Shown in pieces: positions 56,206-64,000 of a stretch of DNA of 64,000 bases (its first letter is position 1; each line of letters begins with the position of its first letter). Where the stretch lies: the NCBI RefSeq assembly GCF_009914755.1, contig NC_060945.1; one strand, given 5' to 3'. Both the position numbers and the translations under genes were made by a program. Source of the DNA: the human T2T-CHM13v2.0 reference genome, Homo sapiens. The notes under the pieces are model-generated. The model saw nothing but the letters and a program-made list of their open reading frames with translations. It was not told the DNA's origin and did no database searches.

Positions 56206-56552
56206 CTAAAAAAAGGTGGATAATCTTTTACCCATTCAAAAGCACAAGCTTCTCAGCCACACTTAAATTACAGAAACAGAGTGTTGTTCATGAGTCATTA
56301 ACATTTTACTGAACCATATATTTACCTATATATTAAATTTAATTTATAAACTCAGTATTATTCCCAACATAAAAGCCATTTTTTGGTTTTAAATCTTAAG
56401 AGGATCCCTTCCTCATTCAAGAGAAAACTAATACCACAAATTTTACAAAACAACTTCATAGAACATTGTTGTCATTGCTAAATGTTACTTAGGTTATGCC
56501 TTACAACTATTACCAATTTTCTATCTGCTGAGGAATAAAAAAAAAAACTAAC

Positions 56553-56734
56553 AATGGTGCCTGTGGAGGAGGAGGAGAGGCAGCAGCGGGTGCAGCAGCA
56601 GCAGGCACGGTGGCGGTGGGTGCAGGGGGTACTGCGGCAGCAGGTGCTGTCGTGGTGACGGCAGTGGTATCCTCTTTCTTTGATTCTTCCACAGCTTCTG
56701 GCTCATCATCATAGTCAAATCTATCAAGCAACTT
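56553..56734 (-). CDS. SCAF4: SCAF4 exon 8 (KLLDRFDYDDE...PPPPQAPF)
   Basis: cag|AAG, TT|gttagt, 182 nt. Confidence 0.96.
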
Positions 56735-58478
56735 CTGGAATAATTATGTCAATATTTCATTTTAAAATTTAGACTGATTCACTGCACAAAAAACTTTATG
56801 AAAACAAGGGATGTTTACCACCATCTAGAAACCCACATTGTCAAGCACAATCTTATTTTCCCTTATGCCCCTCAGGACCTTGGTTTGTAGATATAAACAA
56901 TTTTTACACAGATGCCAGTTTGGAAAACACACAGTGTTTTCATTCTGTTTTCCTTCCTCAATTGTAAGTACAGTGCTTTCTATTTTCTATTGGTGTATTT
57001 CACAAGTAATTTAGCAGCATACATGTTTTTCTAAAATACTCATTTCCCTAGCCTAAAAATGTCTGGAACTTTGTGCACATGAAAATGGGTATACATTTTC
57101 AGTCAGCATAAAATGTACAAAAAGACTGTCTTATTCAATCACCATAATGCATATAGAAAAGTGTCCATATACTGCTTCCTCAAGAATATACTAATATAAA
57201 AAAAGAAAAAAAATGGCAAGGACACAAAAAAGTCACTAGCAGTTCCTAAGAGGTTCGCTTGCTTCTTTCTCATAACTTCACAGCTTACCAGAAACTTTCA
57301 TGTAAAAAAAAATTCAAGAGACTTAATGAGATCACATATCTAGAAGAACAATTTTAAGTAAGATTTATTCAGAAAAAAGATAATGCTTAAATACCTACTA
57401 ATGTGTATCAGATCATATAGACTTCATCACAAGAACACTGCAATGTAGATAGTTTCTTCTTTTTTACAGACAAGGAAACAAAGGCTCAGGTGATTAAGAA
57501 ACATGATTAAGATTGCACAGTCAGTGAATGGTAGAATCAGGATGCGGACACTAGTCCTTTTGACTTCAAAGCCCTCAGTCTCTGGCTTTCAATAAGCAAT
57601 CTTTCCTTTCAAGCCGTGCTCATTCTGCTTATAGACTTCAACCTTAAATTCCTGAACCTTGTCATTCTATAATAGTTCTGCCTAGAGATTCTGGTTTTGC
57701 TTTATTGAACAACACATTTCTAAATCAAATGAAAAGTTCTGTCCTTAGACAACACAGTATATAGGACTAAACTAAGTGTAAAGTGTGTTTTGGGATAGAG
57801 CTAACTTATGTTTCTTTGTAGTTCTAGGCCAAGTGAGTAAAGTTCTTACAAATGAGCAAGTTAGTATTTTCTGAACAGGAACCATCACAGCCCAGGTACC
57901 TTGCTGTTTTACATATTTTTATTTAACCCTCATGGCAACAATAAAATATTTTTACTACCATCTTTATTTTACACTACTGAACAGTAAACATTAATTCAAC
58001 AACAGGACAGTCTGTAAGTAATTGGAGCCAAAATTAAAATCTGGTCAAAGTCGCCTATAAAAAACAAAACCTATGATCTTCACAGTTTATTACATATTAA
58101 TATGTTCTTTAAAGTTTGAAGAATACTGCTTTAAAATACTTAAAGCAATTAAAAAATTAAAATGGGGTCTACCCAAAAAGAAATTTTAGTTGCTTTTTAG
58201 GAAACTGAAGATCTATAAAGTAGCTGAAACAGACAAATTATTTCCAGTGAGAAGCTTGAAACAGACCTTTTTAGTCAAAAGAAAAGCACAGAATTCCTTT
58301 TTCTAAACTTATGGGCCAGTCCACTTAAGGTTAAATACTAGAGGAATTAGAATTCACATTAATAAGAGAAACATGCTCACCATCATGGCTTTTCCTAAAT
58401 TTACCTATAAATTCAAAGGAATTCTATACACTGACATAGAAATGTACAGAGTTTTCCAGTTCATCTGGAAAAGTATGC

Positions 58479-58969
58479 TGTGACTGTTAATTTTGTGTCA
58501 ACCTGCCTAGGTTATGTAGTACCCAGCTGTACAGTCAAACACTAATCTAGGTGTTGCTGTGAAGGTGTTTTTTTAGATGAGAAGGTGTTTTTTAGATGAA
58601 AGTAACAATAAATCAGTAGACTCTGAGTAAAGCAGATTACTCTCAATAATGAGTGGGCCTCAATCAATCAGTTGAAGGCATTAAGAATAAGAACTGAGAT
58701 AGAGGGAATTATCCTCAGCAGTGCAACAGAGAAACCCTGGCCTGAGTTTTTAGTCTGCTATCCTGCAAATTCAGACTCAGGCCTACAATGTTAACTCCTG
58801 AATTTCCAGCCTGCTGACCTGCCCTGCAAATTTCAAATTTGCTAGTCCCTACAACTGCGTGAGCCAGTTTCTTAAGATAAATCTATCTTTCATTCAAGAA
58901 TCTAGATAGACAGATGCAGATGTAGATTCAATTACTGGTTCTGTTTCCCTGGAACTCTTGACTAATACA
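58479..58969 (+). mobile_element. MLT2 (ERVL) solo LTR
   Basis: TGTGACTGTTAATTTTGTGTCAAC start and CTGGTTCTGTTTCCCTGGAAC...GACTAATACA end. Confidence 0.8.
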
Positions 58970-59944
58970 CTTCATGATAAATGAACAAAGTTTGAAAAAG
59001 TATGAGGGGGAGTTTGAAAAAGAGTGAAGTGGGAGGGGGAGAGACGGGATACCAGGAAATGAAAGACAGTCTGTCACAAGAATTATTATGATGCAGAAAT
59101 AAACAAATATATTAGTGGGATAGAACAGTGTCCAGAGATAAGACACAGAAACATACAGGAATTTAGTGTATAAAAAAGTAGTGAGGGAGAACTGGCTATT
59201 TTCAAAAACATAATGGTTTAACTATCTTCAACCATATTCTAAAACAGATTCCAGAGGGACTGAACAGACAATCATAAAAAAAACCTTACTAGAATATAGA
59301 AATCTTTTCTAATACAAATGAGGAGTTTTCCTAATCACAACATAAAACAAAAAACTAGGAAAACCAAATATGTGAGTTTATGTTCGTATGTGCATGCAAA
59401 CAAGAGTGCAAGAATATACACGAACAAATCTGTTCAAACTGCAGTGTGGAATTCTTTCCTTATTTTATAACTTTCTGTATTATTTGTTTTTTTTTTTTTC
59501 TGCAAGTATATATTTCCTTTTTACTCAAAAAAATGTATCCAACTTTTGTTTAATCAGTCATCACTCATAAATCACTAAGATATAATGAAAACTGGTATTT
59601 ACTAGGTGGATTTTTAATTTAGACTATTGGCAATAAAGTCCTTCTGTTTTTATAGTTAGGATGTTGGAAAGAATCAGATATTTTAAAGATGATGAAACCA
59701 AAGGCATCAGTTCTGATTTTCAAACTTTTGAGTTTTTTTGCAGTGAAAACTGAAAAGTCAAATGATGTTTTATAAAGCCATAAACCAAATAAAACAGACA
59801 AGAGTGGAGCTGTTAGGGTTAAATTTCAATGAGAAGCTCTAAGCTGTTCAGCATATCCATATCCTTAGTGGCAGCTTCTTAAACATGCCTAAGAAACCTA
59901 TAGGCCCGATAGAGCAGCTGAGACACTGACCTAACTCAAATCCT

Positions 59945-60428
<484 letters not shown>

Positions 60429-60980
60429 TGAATGTCTATTAGTAGTGGAATGGCTGAACTGTAATGTGCCCATGTAGTGGAATACTATGTATTACATGCA
60501 TTCAGTAAAAATGTAGATCTAAATCCACTATTAACCTTAACAACAACAAAAAAGATACAAGAGTATTAACACCAAAACAAGTGGGTATGTATTATACTCA
60601 ATTAAAGAAAAGCATGTATCTGTAGGAAATTAATTCTGAAAAGATGTAAGGCAAAATGTTACACAGTAATCCCCAAGTATTGGGGTTAATGAAGAATTTT
60701 CTGTTTCCTTTACTCCCTAACTTTTTCTTTTTTTTTTTTTTTTCACTTTTTTAATTTTACACTAGTAAATTCAGCTTCAAACCCTGGAAATTTTTGCACT
60801 GAGCACATATCACATTTAAAACCAGGGAAAATAATCGATGTTTTCTTGTTGAGGGGGAAAATCTCTCAAATTACAAAACGACATAATGAACAATCCACAG
60901 AAGGGATACAGAAGTGATAATTTCCATAACTCAAGTTGAGTGATATAAATGGTGGGGTGGGTTATGTGAGAGAAATATAC

Positions 60981-61157
60981 CTTGTCAAATGCAGTTTTCT
61001 GTTCAGGTGGGGGGAAAGCAGCTTTTTGTTCAGATGGTTGTGTAGGAGTTGTCTTTAACTGAGCTGTGATAGCCTGAACCTGAGCCATCACAGCATTGTC
61101 AAGGGCAGGAGACTGTGGTTTTGGAGGCTGTTGAAAAGTCTGAAGGATCTGCTGAAG
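60981..61157 (-). CDS. SCAF4: SCAF4 exon 7 (LQQILQTFQQ...KTAFDK)
   Basis: aag|CTT, AAG|gtatat, 177 nt. Confidence 0.97.
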
Positions 61158-61761
61158 CTTAAAGAATGGGAAAACCAATAAATCACAGAACAAAGTATAA
61201 TCATACTATCAAAAGTTAATTTAATAAAAAAATGTCTTAAAGGTGATTCAAAGTAGCATAGGCACAGAACAAATTGGGGAAAAAATCCTTTTATGAATGG
61301 TTAAATTTGTTGTGAATGAATATACAGAGATATAATGTGCATTTCTTAAGGTTAAAAATGTATGCTGACAATGTCAATGATATGATGGTCAAAAAAAGAG
61401 AAAATACACTGAATTGTGAACAAAGTAAGCATAAGTTTTCTAGAAAAATGGAAAAATTCTCTCCGTTAAAAATAATTTTGAAATCCATCAGAAATGCTAG
61501 AATTGTGAGCAACATGAGCCACTTAGTAGTTCTAAAGTCCTCTTCAAAGAGGTACTGTCATTTCTAAGTGTGTTGTTCCCTTGTTTATCACTTCTACATT
61601 TTCCCTGTTCCTCCTACATTACTTCTCTTGTGAAGGCTTTTCTAGTTGAAAAGCAGACGTATTTTCTCCTTTCAATGTGCTTATTAATGAAGAATAGAAA
61701 ACAAGAAGTGACAACAGTACCTAGTCCTGCAAACAATTTCACTTTTGAGTAGACAGTTTAC

Positions 61762-61904
61762 CTGTTGGCCTTGAGTTGTCTGAAACAGCTGAGCCACAGC
61801 AGCAAAAGCATCAGAGCTGGGCAACTGTGGTACAGCTGGGACGGAGTTTGGAGTGGCTTGTGTGGGAGGTTCAGAAGAAACTTTTACTGGAGGTGGAGGT
61901 GAGC
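61762..61904 (-). CDS. SCAF4: SCAF4 exon 6 (GSPPPPVKVSSE...QGQQ)
   Basis: tag|GC, CAG|gtaaac, 143 nt. Confidence 0.97.
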
Positions 61905-62229
61905 CTAAAAAAGAAAAGGGCATTAAGGCCTAAAAAAAAAGTTAACCTACAAGTTTTCCTAATTAAGCTTCTTTGCTAAAATAACATTTTATCCAATTTA
62001 ACAAAGTATAAAATATAGAGATTGTGGCACTAGAGTTTATACTGTAACAACTACCAGAAGAGCAGACCTTTATTATAAATAGGAATTATGGAAAGAAAAT
62101 CATACCTTCCAAGATGTAAACTCAAGTTTCCTTCTTATAGAAAAATTCCTTCAATACACATAAACTCTGACTGTTTCATGTGCAAAAAATCATACCATTG
62201 TGTGAGCTCACAGATACATCTGACCATAC

Positions 62230-62365
62230 CTTCATTATTGGTAACATTTTCTGCTACTGGGGCTGCATTACTGGTTCCCGCTGCCATGTCCAAAAGAGGT
62301 TGAATAATTTCAATTTTGAACACTCCATTTTTTTGCCAAAGGTTCAGCACACGAACTATTTTACT
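62230..62365 (-). CDS. SCAF4: SCAF4 exon 5 (SKIVRVLNLWQKNGVFK...NNE), end of CID
   Basis: cag|AGT, G|gtatgg, 136 nt. Confidence 0.97.
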
Positions 62366-63299
62366 CTGTTACGCATGAGAAACACAAATATACAATAAAT
62401 ATTTGCATAAATAACCGATTATACTCTTACAAAAAAAAGAGAGGAAAACTCCCTAGGCTAATATTTCCATACTATGTGTGTTTCATAAACAAGGAAAAAA
62501 AAAAATCAGAATTACAACCTGGTTAAACTAATTAGTCTTTCTTCAGTGGTATCATCTAGAGTAAGGAACAGAGATGGACTATAGACCCAGACAATAAAAA
62601 GAAATTTATTATTTGACATTTTCATTTTATTTTACTTATGGTTACAAATAAACTATCACTGACCCCCCAAAAAAAAGCTATCTTGAAGTAAATGAAGGAG
62701 AATTTCTTCAGAGTAATTATAACAGCTAAAATATTTAAGCAACTGGCCTGTAGTCAAAACTTAAATTATGTGGCCAAGCAAATATGAAGATCCAGAGAAT
62801 ATATGTTATTCATGGGCACAACTTTTATCTTTACTCAAGGAATCATCTTGGTTTTGGGTGTATTTTTCCCACAAGAGCATTCTTCCAAGAATATAAAAAC
62901 AGCACCTATGACACTGAAATTTATATGCTGTTTATTGTAAATGTCTCCGTTCTTCATTATTCTGAGTATGTTTACTAGTATAATTCCTCCTATCTACTTA
63001 TAGTCAGCTACTATATCTGTAATGTTTTTCTACTTTTATATAGTATGTTGTAAAGCCAACTGTATATATAAGGAATTAAATACTGTAGTCTGATTGCTAA
63101 TGAATACCACTTAAACTTTAGTATCTCTATATGTTGGGGAAGAACATCTATTATTGGCTCTTTCTTTCTGGAATAACCACAATCAGATGATCGCTGTCTT
63201 TTCCTACTGCACAATTTCTTCCTTACTCAACTACACAAGCACATCTTTCCAACGATATCTTCTTTAAAGATGATGCGCCTTTCATATTATTTTTTAAAA

Positions 63300-63530
63300 A
63301 TTTTACTTTACTGTGGTAAGAACACTTAACATGAGATCTACTCACTTAGCCAATTTTTAAGTGTACAATACAGAATTGTTAACTATAGGTACAAGGTTGT
63401 TCAGCAGATCTCTACAACCTATTCATCTTGCTTAACTGAAATGTCATACCTATTGATTAGCAGCTCCTAATGTTTCCCTTACCCCTAGTCCCTGGCAACC
63501 ACTATTAAACTCTTTGATTCTATAAATTTT
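63300..63530 (-). mobile_element. L1MA/MB 3'-end fragment
   Basis: GTGGTAAGAACACTTAACATGAGATCTAC...AAGTGTACAATACAG typical of L1M 3' UTR. Confidence 0.75.
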
Positions 63531-63750
63531 GTTCCTGTCATATTTCAACAGTATGACTGATAATCCTGAAGAACTCATAAGAAAATAAACACGAAATGAC
63601 CACTGAAGAAAAAAACTGTTTTGTTTCAAGCTCACAGACATCGCTACATGAAAATCTTATCTGGTAATATAGTAGGCTCCAAATATCTAACATACATTTA
63701 AAATAATATTTTTTAAAGAATACAAGTTTTAGTTTAAAAATTAATTATAC

Positions 63751-63912
63751 CTTATCTTCAGATGGACAAAGATATAAATATTGGAATGTGGCAGTTATGT
63801 TTTTAGAGAATCTTGGCCCAAAAACATCTTTATCAGTTCCAAACTGATGACGAGACTGTCGCACAATTGAGTCAATTACATATAATCCCGGAACCTTGTA
63901 TTCTGGTTTACA
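63751..63912 (-). CDS. SCAF4: SCAF4 exon 4, CTD-interacting domain (CKPEYKVPGLYVIDS...LCPSEDK)
   Basis: cag|TGT acceptor, AAG|gtataa donor, 162 nt; exons 1-3 lie beyond the window. Confidence 0.97.
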
Positions 63913-64000
63913 CTGCAAGGATAAAGATGTAAGATCAGTACAGAAAAAGCAAAGTCACAATCTGACACCCATTATTTTCACATTTATGAAACTTTTATAT

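Overview
Human (or very closely related great-ape) genomic DNA, recognisable as the chr21q22.11 SOD1-SCAF4 locus. Positions 1-19 kb are a repeat-dense intergenic region: many Alus, nested MaLR/ERV1/hAT elements, old L1 fragments, and an intact LTR12C solo LTR inserted inside an Alu about 4.4 kb upstream of SOD1 and pointing at it. The complete five-exon SOD1 gene is on the + strand (CpG-island/TATA promoter, CDS 19754-28561, 465 nt, wild-type 154-codon protein, GC-AG first intron). It converges tail-to-tail with SCAF4 on the - strand, of which coding exons 4-20 lie in the window (63912 down to 31383, all phases consistent). Most notable observations: (1) a SNORA81-like H/ACA snoRNA retrocopy in sense orientation in SOD1 intron 2; (2) a latent 43-nt pseudoexon in SOD1 intron 4, one base from activation; (3) candidate stop-containing cassette exons and intronic polyA signals in the 12.7-kb last intron of the anti-terminator gene SCAF4, suggesting possible autoregulation (inference only); (4) a perfect NRF2/sMAF ARE and a G4 motif just downstream of the weak GC donor. 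Repeat subfamily names and repeat boundaries are by eye. Most ORFs in the supplied track are Alu-derived artefacts.
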